Source: Klebsormidium nitens (taxonomy: Eukaryota > Plantae > Klebsormidiophyceae). From it: 64,000 nucleotides of DNA. The notes under the pieces are model-generated. The model did not search any database. It worked only from the letters and a program-made list of their open reading frames with translations, and was not told where the DNA came from. Positions 27,201 to 40,254 of this stretch are shown here, piece by piece. Position numbers and translations under genes: made by a program. The stretch spans positions 119,919 through 183,918 of the forward strand of contig DF237050.1 in the NCBI GenBank assembly GCA_000708835.1, in the 5' to 3' direction. Position 1 is the first letter of the stretch, and each line of letters opens with the position of its first letter.

Positions 27201-28405
27201 TTGGAACCGCCACATTTTGCGCGGTTTCGAACAACCGCTTCTTACCTCTTACGCTTTCAATCGTTCATGAAAAGTTTTCTCTGGATTCTCATCTTTCTGG
27301 CTGAACGTGTGCAGAGTACAGCAGATGGCTTGAGGGTGGAGCTTGCCGCTGGCGAGCTTCGAGTACATGTGCCGTCCATATACGCTCCTGCCACAGTAAG
27401 TTCAACGACAGCTGAGCAGAAGTTGGAAAGAGGATGTCACCACTTTAGCTCCTCAGTGGACGACGTGGTAAGAGTTCATAAATTGTGGCACAATTTGTGG
27501 CAGAACGGCAGACGATCTCGAGGGCACGCCAAGTTTTGCCCGTGACTCTTCGGCTTGTTTTCTGCAATGTTCTCCGGCACTTTGACAGGCCAAAAGCAGT
27601 CCTTCATCGGGAACTTACTACGCACGATGATGGATTTGGTTATCTGCGTTGGGGTGACAATTCCAATATACCAGCACCGAGTGTCGCTTGTACCTCGTGA
27701 AATGAAACCTGGCTATGTCGATTCAGAGGAGTTAGGATGAATCCGGTTTAAGTTGTGTTCAATTGCGTTTGCTGAAGATTTCTTACTTCTTTGCAGATCC
27801 CCCTCCACTTTCCGACGGATCCAAAGCGCGTCGAGGTCACCTTTGACGAATCCAAGCGGCAACTGCGGATACGGCTGCCTTTTGGGCCGTACCGAGACTT
27901 GTTCAAGGTAAGACCGCCATGCTCGTCCCCTCAGAGACGGCTGAATTCTGGATTCGTGTCGTGATTTGTGGTGCCTCATCTCGTCGATGCTGCGAATGCT
28001 CCTTATCTTCGCAAGGACGAGATTTCGTCTGGGTACGGTCGACATTATACTGCGATTTAGACGTGTCCGCATATTGTAGTCGACAGAACTTGGTCCGTCT
28101 ACAAGTTCCACAGCACTTTACCGTGCTGCTACAAGACAGAAACGCATGCTTTACAAAGTCACCCCTTAGGACTGGGCCGATCCAGCTGCTGGTTTGTTTG
28201 AATGTTTGGCAGCGCTGAGCAACCTTTTTGCACGATAAGGCCACATTCAGCAAGAGGCCGTTGTGTTCGCACAGGATTATGTATGCTGCTGATTACTAAT
28301 TCTCTTGCCTCTCGTCATCTGCAGGAGCTCAAAAGGGCGGCGCCTCATTCCTTAGCCTCCTTGGATTTCCGGACCAAGAAGTCCGTGTTAGATATCGACA
28401 TTTAA
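24237..28405 (+). CDS. PIH1-domain protein with C-terminal CS-like domain (R2TP / dynein assembly factor family)
   Basis: Exons 24237-24380, 24931-25125, 25436-25595, 26227-26475, 26753-26964, 27315-27395, 27797-27907 and 28325-28405. PIH1 motifs ITPEPGFVVKT...KVFINVC, RFPLSLS and CTVYDIVLN. CS-like IPLHFPTDPKRVEVTFDESKRQLRIRLP. Confidence 0.85.
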
Positions 28406-29497
28406 TATCACCGCCTAAACATACGCAATTCAGGCCAGCTCATTGTGCCAACGTCATCGGAAATTATACGTACGGTCTTTGAAGTTCAGGTGAAGGCTCC
28501 TGGTGAATTGAATTCATGGACTGGTGTGTGTTTGCATGCAAGTCGTACTCTTCTCCCAGCAATCGATCGAAGCATGTGGCAGTCGGAACCATCACCGCAA
28601 TAATAATATATGGCAATGGATGATTTTCGAGGTTATATGCATATAACTTGGTATCTGCTGCATATGCGCTTTCCGGTCACCGCAGCTGGGATGACCCTCG
28701 AATTGACCATGGCAATGTTACATGATAGGTACATGCGCGCCTGTGCGGAGCGCTTTGTCATGAGTTAACAAGCTCGCAGTGACTCCAGCCTATAGAGTGA
28801 ACACTGGTAATACGACATGGGCTGAGCGCATATACGCAGTTGAACTGCTATGCTTGACCAACCGCAGAACATGATTGCAATTAATCAATCTGCATGCATG
28901 CAGGCCGGGCCCATGCTTTGCATGAAAATTGTGCATATTCTGATCGATACCTAGATAATTCGCTGCAGTGGCGCAGCGTGGCTAGCTGTCGAAACCTTCT
29001 AGCTAGAATATGCATCATACTGTAGCTATACGAGCCTCACATGGCATGGATGTATGTCACCAATTGCGCAACTCAATTGTTGATCGGGCCGCGGGCTAGC
29101 ACCGCAAATACAGAACATCTTAAGTGTTGGAGTTGGCCCAGGGATTAAGTTACACGGAAGCCAGCCAGACAATACTTGTACCCATGCAAAGACATGTAGG
29201 TAGCTTTACATCGATCAACCCGCCAAATCAACCATTGAAGTGTTTGACTACGACTTGATTAAGCGACTTGCATTGCAACTTTCTCGGAAAGTGCTCGTGG
29301 CAATGGGCCAATTGTCGAAACACCAAAAGAACCTTCAACCCACACCTTCCATACCAGTTTAAAAATATAAGGCTGCTATGCGATGCACTTAGGAGCTAGG
29401 CTAATCTTGTGACCACTTTCAATCTAACTTTGACCTTCTGATAGGATTTGATAAAAGCAATTCGCGCGCGCATTGGAACGTTAAGATACAGATCTCA
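28406..29497. other. Tail-to-tail spacer 3, strongly palindrome/RY-rich
   Basis: Perfect palindromes GTTATATGCATATAAC (28632-28647), CTGCATGCATGCAG (28890-28903), TTCTAGCTAGAA (28997-29008) and TTGCATGCAA (28532-28541). Confidence 0.7.
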
Positions 29498-31543
29498 TCA
29501 GGAGATATCACGATCAGCCTGTTGAATGGCTGGAGTCGGCTCAAGCCGCTTCTCAGACGCCCTTTCAGACGCCCTTTCCGCTAAGAGCATTCCCTCATAC
29601 CGTCTCAGTTGTTCGATGAACCCGGGATTGGGACTCATGATGGGCCGTTTCTCTCGAAGTCTTGCCAGTGCTTCGTCCATAGAAATGGAGTGCTGCTTCA
29701 TGAGGACAGCTGTGGCAACACTGATACTGCGGACAGAAGCACTTTAGAGTCAAACTTCTGCATTTGGAACCTTCCTGACGAAGTTTTGTTAGGTCTGGAA
29801 ACAAGCAGCTTTCTCAAGGCCAGATGAAATCCATTCTCCACATCGATGATCCGCCAGAACATTGGCAAAACACATGCCGTCATCATTGTTGATGTCAGCT
29901 TTTCAAGATAAACATCCATCTCCAAATGCGAGTTTACAGCAGACGTCAGGATGAAGGAGGAATCCACCTTCTGCAGAGGCGAATATGGATCCGGTTGAGT
30001 CTTGACTAAGATTGGGCATACACCGTTGCTTGTTTGATCACACGTTGATCAGCAACGGTCCTAAACGGAAGTTTGGCCAATCAGTGTTTTCTGATCATAG
30101 CAAACAACAGAGTTTGGCAATGCAGATTCATTGAACGAAAAAGTATTGAATTCGGCTCGTCTTGAGTGGGATGCAAACAGAAAGAACCCGCTCAGAGAGG
30201 AAACTGGATTGACTGGTTGAGTGCAAGGGACAGCTTACCTCCTGGATCTACCAGCAAAACAGTGGACTAACACCCTGCCCCCCTCTTCTCGGGCTTTGGT
30301 TACAAACTCTATGGCTGGGTCCAGGTGAACCAGGAGGCTCGCTTGGGTGGTGTCCATGACTGCACAAAGAGAGTGTTCTTTCCCCCCATCAGGAAAAAGA
30401 GCGCAAGCAATGTTGTCAAATTGCTGCTCCAAAAGACCTTTTTATTTAGCCCTTCTTTCGGCTTCTCAAAACACTCTGGGCACCATACCTTCAAACCTGA
30501 CAGCTGATACAAAGACGGAAACTTGATGGTGATGGAAGTTATGTTTTAAAGCGGAAGGGGTTTGCCTTACTTCGAATTTGGTGGTGCGTGTACTCCGTTG
30601 GGAAAGGGCTCTCCCACTGGGCCATCACGCAGACGATGTGGGTAATCCCCAGCCTATCCAGCGCCTCCTTGTTGCAAGCTGCTCCCACGGACCCAACATA
30701 GAGGCCCTGTACAAAGCAAAACTTAAAGGGTGACCTGGATTGATATAGCAGGGAAGGCATGGAGAGGGAGCCACTCTTTATCTATAGATACTGCCTGTTT
30801 CGACCTCACTGCAGATTTCTTGAGATCTTTATTGTCTTGGGTCAGAACGTGAGTCTTTCTTTCAGGTTGACGCAACGCAGTGACACTTCAAGTAGTCTAG
30901 TGCTCAGAAAGCTGTTAACTAGGATAGACACCTGCACCTGCCCTGACTTGGGAAGGAACGTCGTCAGTTGCGCAGACGGTGTAAGTGATTTCATGCAGGC
31001 GGTGGCACACGCTTGGTCTACATTTCAAGGGATCAGAAGACAGTCACAAGTCACGATCAGGCAGAATACAATTCTGTCAGGCATATAGCTGATTCTGCAA
31101 CTTCAATCTTGTACAATTTCAACTCATATAGCTGATGGTTTCATACCGTACAATCCTGAATGTACCTAACGCTGTACATTATTTAAGTCCGATTGTTTGC
31201 CCGTTCACCTCTTCGATCAAAATTGGCTCGCTGTCCAGCTTCATGGCCGCTACAGTGGCGACAGCCGAGCTCAGCTTCTCGGCGCGCTGCTCATCTTTGC
31301 TGTCATTTTGACGGGCAGGCTGGGGTGCCAGAGTTGGCAGAGAGTCTGCGCTGAAGGCGGTGTCCGTTCTCTCCACATAAGTAGACAGTACCATCTTCTG
31401 ACATCAGCAGCAGTTGGAGGTGCTACGCTACCAAAGTACCTAGCTGTTCTCTGAGCTTCCCTTGCGCAATGCCAATGCTGCCTGTCGCCCTGCAAGTTGG
31501 ACACCAGAAATGCCATTCCTAGCGTCCCCTCGGGCTCTGGCAT
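29498..31543 (-). CDS. DSPTP1: Dual-specificity protein phosphatase, DsPTP1-like, about 243 aa
   Basis: Exons 31543-31440, 31350-31209, 30706-30571, 30359-30239 and 29726-29498. Motifs GLYVGSVGAA...GITHIV, catalytic VHCFAGRSRS and RPIMSPNPGFIEQL. Confidence 0.88.
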
Positions 31544-31893
31544 TTAAATTAGGTTTAAGATGTGGGCCCAAGGTCAGACTGGGTCAGACCAGTCTTTTGA
31601 TGAAAACGCCAGAGTGTCACCAGCCTCGATGAGCTTGCAGGGGCAGCACAACGCCGTTCGATGCCTGAAGCCGTCTCCTTGAACGGCTCACCTTTTGGCA
31701 GTCTATTGGCTTGACGGTGTTCATATCGAGATCATTTCTAACACTGCCCCGAGGTTCAGCAAACTGAGGATAACCTAGTCCGACCCTAATAATAGTCGTC
31801 TACCCCCAATGGCAATGGGCCCAAATGTGAAATTTGCAATTTGCAAGAACTTGAAGTTGAAGGGGCGCAGCTCGTCTAAGGCAGCTCACATCC
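31544..31893. promoter_or_regulatory. Candidate bidirectional promoter (350 bp between two divergent start codons)
   Basis: Positional evidence only: the ATG at 31543 (-) and the ATG at 31894 (+). No specific element identified. Confidence 0.45.
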
Positions 31894-34800
31894 ATGGACA
31901 GTTCGTCCTCAGATAGTGAACTTGAGGGGTTTACTGTTGCTCTGATCAAAGGTCTGATGATAGAACGAGCGGCTGAGCTGAGAGGTGCAGCATCAGATGC
32001 ACAAGCAATGGAGGGGGTGAACGAAATCAACGCAGCTGAAAATGTGACAGAGGACGAGGAAGATTTCGAGGATTCTGAGGGTGAAGACGAGTATGAAGAA
32101 GATCAGGAAGATGAAGAGGAGTGGGTCGAAGTTGAATCAGGATCAGAGTAAGGAATGCAATGAACATTTAACAATTTGCAGTAACATTGACACCACCCAA
32201 TTGTATACATACTGATATAAAGGCTGCTTGTAATTTCTGCCTTGCATACTTTCTCTGATGGACTTTCTAGCTCATGTGACAATGCTGCCCAATGACTTCG
32301 CAAACTTCTCAATCTAGTTTGAGACCACACCACCAGTTGCATCATGAAGGTTGCTGTAGTTTCACCCCCTTTGAAATTTGTCTTTTGCTGGTGGTATGTT
32401 GGGATTGCTCGATGAGGCCCCTCCTTGCTCTCGGAGCAGTTTCTGGGGATAAGATGCGGTCTCCTGCATTACAGATGGTGTGTATTTAGATCTGGCCTTC
32501 AGTGGCTCACTCCTGTTTATGGAGCCTTTGTTGGAGAGAAAAGACAAGTGATGGGCTTTTTTTTGACAAAAGCCCATCACTCCCCAGTACAGGTTGCCAA
32601 AAGCATAAAAGGACCTCAAATCTGGTTCAAAAAGTAGACACCAGAGATCAAATTGTAGAATACCAGTCAGAGTGGAAGTGGTACATAAGTTCTCGTCAAA
32701 ACAATCCTGGCAGGGTGAATTTTCAAGCAGAGGTGCAGACCATGAAGTGTCTGACCTCCAGCAATAGATTGGTCCAGATTCAAAGTGACGCAGGATATGA
32801 ACTTCGAATCACAAGCAGAAAAGGGCTCCGGAAACGCTTTGAAATGTTTCTGGTACTTTGTTGGACAAACAGGCATGGCAATTGTAGGACAACACGTGCA
32901 TAACAGTTGGACCAAAATCCCTGATTCCCAGAATTTGCTGCCCTCAGGGGACCCTGCACAGAGGAGGAGTACCGGGAGGAGCTTCTCTTTGCGCTTACAA
33001 ATGCTGAGAGGTCCGGCAGCTTCTGTGCTGAAGGAACACTGAAGATGTTCAACCCTCCAGGGCTTGAGGTTGCCAGGCTGGGCCCCATTGGCCTCCCCCT
33101 CACTGCCACACAAGCCAAGGAGCTAGCCAAAGTTTGTTCTCAGGCCCCGTTCGGACGCAGGTGAGTAAGACCCTGATCTGTGTCCTGCAGATCAGAATTG
33201 AGTGATATTTCCTTCAGGCATTAGATTGCTTGAACGAATCGTCCATGATTGGACAAAGGTGTCTTACCTGGCAGTCGGAAGTCATTAGGTATTCCGATTT
33301 TGAACTGCCAATCAGGCAAGAATGGATGGAGTGATCTCGAGACGAAGCATCAGAAGTACAAATCACTCTCAACATTACGAATTGCAGCGCTTCTCAGAAG
33401 ATGTGTTCTTCTGACATAGCCCACAGATCCAACGGATAGAACAGAATTTTGAATGTCATGTGGTTGCTCTTGAATTGCCCTTTTTACTCGTTCCAGGGGA
33501 CTACATTGGAAACACCATGACTGGTTGACAAATGCAGTGACAATGAGGAACTGACCCAAAACGTGCTGAGGCAGATATACAACTGATGCAGCCAGCCTTG
33601 AAGCAGGGAGCAATGGATGTGTGTGACAGAACAGACCCACTTTCCTTTTCTCTCTGCAACTGTTGAGCACAAAAGACGGAACCTTTACAACTCTAGGAAG
33701 ATCGTTTTGCGAAGATCTCAACCTCGAAGTCTTGGGCCGTTTAACCTTGGCGTTCCTTGCAAATTTCCTTCGTGTCTCTCTTTGAGGGCTGGTGCGTTTA
33801 TTCTGTTGCAGGGAGGCGACCGTGTATGACACGTCCGTCCGCCGGTGCCTGCAGCTGTCTCCCGACCAGTTCCGTCTGCAGGGACCAGACTGGGCGGCCC
33901 AGCTTCAGCGCCTGGTCAACACCGAAATCAAGCGTGGCCTGGGGGTTCCGGAGAATCTGAAAGTCGTGCCCCAACTCTACAAGCTTCTTCTGTACGAGCC
34001 GGGGAGCTTCTTCACGCAGCATCGGGACTCGGAGAAGGAGGACGGCATGTTCGGGACTCTATCCGTGGTATTGCCGTCCGCGCACAAAGGAGGTGAGTCG
34101 CTAAAAACCGGAATACTGGGATCAAGTTGGTTATCGGGATTTCAATCCAGTCTGTAACAAGCCGAAAGTGCACTGTTCTAGATTTAGAGCGACATCAAGC
34201 TGAGAGTCCGCTTGGAATCTTGACACCGTTGGTGCAACCACTGCATCCTTTCTGGGCCTGGTCGACTCGAGACAACATCAATGTAATTTCCGCACCTGTA
34301 GAGACTTGCGTTTGCACTTGTGAGGTCCTTGGGCGCAACTGTAAACGGTAAACTTTCAAGAGAAATTGACATGCTGACAGCAAGAAGAATGCGTACCACC
34401 GTAATGCAGAGTACGTTGCCACGAAAAATATTTTAAGGAGATTTGCGGCACCTTGATTCGTCTCCCATCGGGAACCAGCCTTAACCCCGCCGAAAATACA
34501 ATACGATCTGGATTGAATGGCTCCCTCTCGCGTTAATGAACGCCAACGGAACCCAATGGTTTGCATGGACTTGACAAAGTCGTGATCTTTCAACTCCTTC
34601 TCATTGCCTAGGCGAGTTGATAGTGCGCCACGCGGGCCGCGAGGACGTCCTCGACTTTGCGTCGCGGTGCATGTACCACGTCCACTGGGCCGCATTCTAC
34701 GCCGACCGCGAGCACGAGATCCTGCCCGTCAAGTCCGGCCACCGCCTGGTGCTGGTCTACAACCTGGTCGCGCAGGGGCCCGTGGGAGAACTAGAGCCGG

Positions 34801-37800
34801 CGGACAACCGGCAGGCGGTGAAGGACGCGCTGGCGGCGCTGCGTGCGTGGAGTGCTGATGAGGACGGACCGTTTAAGCTGGTGATTCCGCTGGAGCACCA
34901 GTACAGCAGCAGGAGCCTCTCGTTCAACGGACTCAAGGGGCCGGACATTGCGACGGTGGACATCCTATGCCAGGCCGCCAAGGTGAGGACAATGTAAAAT
35001 TACTCACAGATATTGCTTTGTTGACATGTTGCTGCGCTCAGAATCTTGGAGTGGTCCAAAGAGAGTTCCGGGCTGCAGAGGCGGCGGTAATAGCAAGAAA
35101 AGAAGTACCAGAGCCGATCATACTGATAAAAGTCTCGTAGTCACCATTCGCTGCTTTCCTCACTGGATTGGAGAAAGCCAACCCGGCTGTCGATGTCTGC
35201 TCAGTTCCTGAAAGGGTTTCAGGGTCGCTGTTTTTGGTTGTTAGGTTTTAACTGTTTGCTTTCGATCTCGCTTCATCTGGTATGTTTGCAGAGTTGGACG
35301 CAGCAGAGGACTTTATAAAGAGCAAGGTGATTGAAATCAATCTATCGGTCGGGCACGGCTGAGCGACTCAAGAAGCTCTCTTCAGCGGGGTTTTCCACGA
35401 GCCGAAGCTTAGTATTGTTGGTGCGACTCGTCGCATCATGAAAGCTTGCGGCTGGCCCAGTTTTTTGGGTATGTAAGTGGAAAATGATTTGAAAGGGGTT
35501 CTCAAACCGAGCCTTGCAGATTGCGGACCGGCCGCCGTTCCACTTCTTCCTGGGCATGCTCAAGATGTCGGAGTCTGGCCCGGAGGACTACGACGACGAC
35601 GACTGGGACACCACGCTGGAGCTGACGGACATCATCGCGCCGTCCGGGGAAACCGTGCGCTACTCCAAGCTCGAGTGCGACGAGGACGGTAAGGGGCACA
35701 ACGTCCGACGAACGTTGCGGCCCGGGTGCCAGGATCCTAAAATGGCCAAAACTAACTTCAGAAGTTTCTGACAAGAATCCTGTCATGCACACAGCCAATT
35801 TGTGAAGATGCATTCAGGAGCACGTAGGTATGAGGCGGAAAGCGGCCTTTGAAGCACTCTCACCTGCGGCCCCACCTATCAGTCAATTGCTGGTTTAGAG
35901 GGAGTTAAGAATGTCAATCGACAAGGCGGAGATGCCTCTCGAATTAAGAGAGGCTTCAGCTTTGCAAGAGAGGGTGTCGATAGGAGCGCTGTTTTTGATT
36001 GATGCAATCCTGCATTGCGGATTGGGGCAGGGAGCTTTGCACTCGTCGATTGAGTCGACCGTTGCTGCTGAGGACTCCTCAAGCACGCCGTCCCGTGCGT
36101 CAACGTTCAAAAGGATGAGTTATAGCACGTCTGCTTGTGGCAGGAGGGTGTTAGTAATTAGACGTTTCTAAACATGATTTAGAACTGCGAGATCCCATTT
36201 CTGACCCGCCTAGGCGACAAAGAGCAGTTGCCCCTTTTGCCGAAGTCTGGAGGTCCTGGCCGATCCTATGTAACGTGGGTTTTCTGATGAAGCATTTGCC
36301 AAATTTCCTAAGCTTATGGCCATACACCGTCAACACCGTGGCTGCAGAGCTGCTGCCGGAGGGCGCTCTGGACGACCATGACTGGGACCACGAGCGGAGT
36401 AACGACACCGGGAACGAGGGCGTCACCGTTGAGCGCTGGTACCGCCACGCGGCGCTCATCGTGTGGCCGCACTCCAAGCACTGGGAGGTGGCGTGCACCA
36501 GCAATATCGGGAAAGCAATCAAGGTAACGACATGCGGTAGTCGTCGGTAGACGCTCCCGGCCTAGGTTTCCACTTTGTTTGTCTCTGGTCTGCACGCTTT
36601 TGCGGAGGGTGAACAACGTGACAAATCGCCGGAACCTCATCAAAGACGCTCCGTGTGGAGCGATTTGCTATGGAAGTTTGCATTTCGATGCCCTTGCGCT
36701 AGAAGTGCAATACTGCTGGCTGCCAATTGTGACAATTGCGCTCTCTCAACCAGTCGGTCTGCGGAAATATCAGCCTTTTCGAGAGCCTGCGCAGCTTGAG
36801 GCGCAGTAGACGCTGCACCACAAAACACAATCGGCAGCGGTCTTCTGCCCAGATTGGTCCTGGCCCATAATGGCTTGAACGTTTTTTTTCTACGATTCGC
36901 AGGAAGCGTCCGAGCTGGCGGCAACCGCCAAGCAGGTACGGGAGACCCTGGAGGCGACGCTGGGCGACAACGGGCGGCTGTCGCGCGGCGAGGCCGGGCT
37001 GGTAACGGAGCTCGTGTTCGAGCACGGCCAGGTGCACGTGCTCGCGGAGCTGCGGCGCGCGCTGCAAACAATCTGCAAGTACGGGGGCAAGCTGACCCCA
37101 GCGCAGGCGCAGACGCTGACGAAGCTGCTGCTCAAGCACGGCGACGTGGACATGGCCAGGGTGAGGGGTGCGGCCGCAAACATAGCAAGGAACCACGTTT
37201 GTCCTCTGGTCGTGTGTTGGCGGCTTGTAGATTTGTCCGTAATTGGTTCTTGTCCGTCGTTAACGAGATTTCAAGCGCCAGTGTCCGATAAAGGTGATCG
37301 TAAGAGCTCTTCGTCCCTGCGTGTGTAAATCAGGGCGGTCGTTTAGCGAGTCTCGACAGAACATTGTCCTGGCTGCAGGACTCAATTATCGACGAAACGA
37401 GTCCCTAATTGCGCGTTTGTACCTCTGAATATAGGCGAGACACTCCATAGTCAGCCAAAGCAAACCGTTTGGTTCTGTGTGCCGCAGACCCTGGTCATTC
37501 ACTGCCCGTCCCCGGCGGACGGCCTCGTGGTGCCGGCTCTGGCGTCCCGCTTCAGCTGGGCGGTCCTGCAGCCCGACATCCTGGCTCTGCTCACCCGCAA
37601 GTGCGACACCGCCAGCCTGACCGACTGCCTCAAGCTGCTGCTGCGCATCGCGCCCAAGCCACCCGAAAGCGACGCACCACCCCCCCAGGCTGGAGCCTCC
37701 GGTGAGGCGTCGGGGTATGAGCCGTCAGCGTCGGAAGGAGAGTCTACTGTCGAAGCAGGGGGCGTGAAAACGGAAGAGAGGAGAGAGCGGGCGGTCGAGG

Positions 37801-39633
37801 GCCGGGGCTCGAGACCAGCAGCGATCGTGCAGTTCGGTTTGGGGGTTGGCACGTCTGGCCGGGCCCTATTAGAACCTGCAGCCGGGGCAAGAGATGGAGT
37901 CAGCCAAGTGCTGGGGGGGACGGCGCAGGTCGAGGGCAACGGAAGGAGCGCGTCCACGGCGGAACCAAGTGGGAATGTGACCGGAACGGCCGAGCCGGCG
38001 GAATTCGTGCCGCCCCGGAAGCCGACCAAGGATGAGCAGGCTCGAGAGGAGTTGTGCCGGAGCGCGATAGCGATCGTGGTGGACAAAGTTGTCACCAAAG
38101 CGTCCGGCACCAACAACTTTTATCCAGGCTACTTCCCCAACTGCAGTCTCAACAGCCAAAGTATGCCCCCTTTTGTGCGCCTGATCGAACGTTTTGGCAC
38201 GGAGCCGTTTGCCCCCGCGACGGACGCCCTCGTACGGAACAAGGTCGAGTCTTCGCTGCAGACGGCGGCCGAGCTGCTGTGGGACTTCGTCCGGGTGGGC
38301 CATGCAAAACGGCCAAAGGGATCCCCCCCGGATCTGTCTCCCCCGGCCCTGGCTTTCTGCCGTCAATTCGCCGCGGAATTGGCGAGCAAGCTCATCAAAG
38401 AAGCGGACCCACCGCCGGAGAATCGGCTGTACCAAGTGGCGTATGTCACCCCTCCTCGTAGCTCGGAGTTTGTCGCACTTTTCCTGAAGACGCTCCACTC
38501 TCTCCAAGTCGATCAGGAGGTTATGGATCCGGTCGTTGCTCACCTGCTTGCGACTCCCAATGCGCACCCCATCGACCGTTGTCTCCTTCACGCCCTCAAA
38601 GAGCTCGTTGCGTGGTTTGGGGAAGGGCCAATGAACGTTCAGTGGTTTGCGGAGCTGCTGGGGGGGTGTCTGGGAACGCTGGAGAGCGCCTGTGCTGAGC
38701 CGCCCCCCGAGCCGAGAAACTGGGCACTGCCAGCGACGTGGGGCTGCGTGTGCGAGTGTTGTCCTACACTGCTCGACTTCTGCCACGACCCAGAACGGAC
38801 AAAATGGACGTATCCGAAGACCAGTGATCATACCCGGAACCACCTGAGGCAGATCATTGAAAGGTGAGCCGAGTCTTCGTACTGTGTGCCCTTTTAAGCT
38901 AACTGCTCGGTTCTTCAAAGAGTCTTTGGGGAAGCGCTTGGAGCAATTTTCATCCAAAAGAACAGCCCTCTTTCCGCTAAAGCATCAGCGACGTCCTTCG
39001 TCATCTTCCGTTGCTCGACATCCTCATACCCCTGTACAAAGCTTGAATCCTAAGCGGTAAGCTTTTCTCAGCGTTTCCCATCAGCATCTCCACATTTCAA
39101 CCCTACCAAGGTGGTAGCTTGTCGTAGCAGGCCTTGGTCGAACTTCTTTAGCGAGTACCGAGGCTCAATCTGAAGCGCTATTTGACCTGCGCGAGCGCGG
39201 CCACTGAAACTCGTTTTGCGGTTGTCATTTGTGATAGATTGTCAGGATCTACGACGGAAGTCCCCAATTCTAATGTGCATGACTAAGATATGCCCTTAAA
39301 CATTGCGCAGATGCCAGAAGAATTTGAGACTTTGTGAAGACAGTGACGTTTTTCTACAATCAAGGTTCAGGTTGATTGATTGAGCGCTCCCCCTGCAGGA
39401 ATGGCTTGCCCGTGAAGGCAGTGGCTAAGGAGCCGGTTTCGGAGATGTCGCCCCTTCTTCTCATCAAGGAGGGATCTGAAGGAAAGAGCCACGAGGCAGA
39501 GCTGGCGGTGCTGGCCACGAGAATAGAGAAATACGAAAAGGACAAGAATGTCCTCGCTGAATTGTCAGCCCTTCGGTTACAAGTCCAAGGTGAAGCAAAG
39601 TCCAAAGACGATCAGACTATACACCGTGCCTAG
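31894..39633 (+). CDS. 2OG-Fe(II) oxygenase family protein with long C-terminal extension, about 1110 aa
   Basis: Exons 31894-32147, 32948-33160, 33812-34092, 34612-34982, 35520-35688, 36348-36523, 36903-37160, 37488-38863 and 39399-39633, phases consistent. Fe triad H-x-D in LYKLLLYEPGSFFTQHRDSEK and distal H in AAFYADREHEILPVKSGHRLVLVYNL. Downstream TGNEG...ERWYRHAALIVWP. Confidence 0.85.
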
Positions 39634-39845
39634 CTTGAAATCAAAAGCTTGTGGCTACTAATCAGACAATACTGACATTGAGAGTCCCGCTGGATACAAC
39701 CAGGGCGCGGTGACTTGAAAGGGATGCACAGACTGCACAGACAAACCTCAACGGTCCGCACATCAGCTAGGTTATGTAGCTTGACTGAGGCAATGCATAA
39801 GACGCGCAATGAACACTCCCGTTTCTCGCGGCAGCAAATCTGCTC

Positions 39846-39922
39846 TTTCGGATTGAATCCGGTGGTGCACCCCCCCGGGCCCTGTTTCGGATTGAATCCG
39901 ATTGTGCACCCCCTCGCGGGCC
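39846..39922. repeat. Two-copy 39-bp tandem repeat with palindromic core CGGATT-g-AATCCG
   Basis: Units start at 39846 and 39885: tttcggattgaatccg(g/a)t(g/t)gtgcacccccc. Confidence 0.8.
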
Positions 39923-40254
39923 TTGATTCAGTCAAGTATACACACCAACTGTTCCATAAACATGGCTTCGATGAGACTGTTTCGCACGTATGCAGCTGAA
40001 GCTTTGATTCGCAAGTTAGGGCTGCTTCCGACCGTCCCAGCTCAGTCAGAGCACGGTCCTGATATCGAAAGTCTGTCATTCTGTCTGAAGAAACGTATAT
40101 GCACCGGCACACCCGGGCAACCCGGCGTGGAAATTTGTTGACAAAGTGCATTCGAGTATTGCGCATATGTGTGGCATTTCAACCTATACGTTGCTGGGGC
40201 CGAAATCGTACATGCATGATCGGTGCAGCGGGCCACGATCGATTCCGATCGACG

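Noticed and set aside
37499-38957. 205-aa and 362-aa - strand ORFs
   Set aside because: Antisense to the 1376-nt oxygenase exon, with no domain signal.
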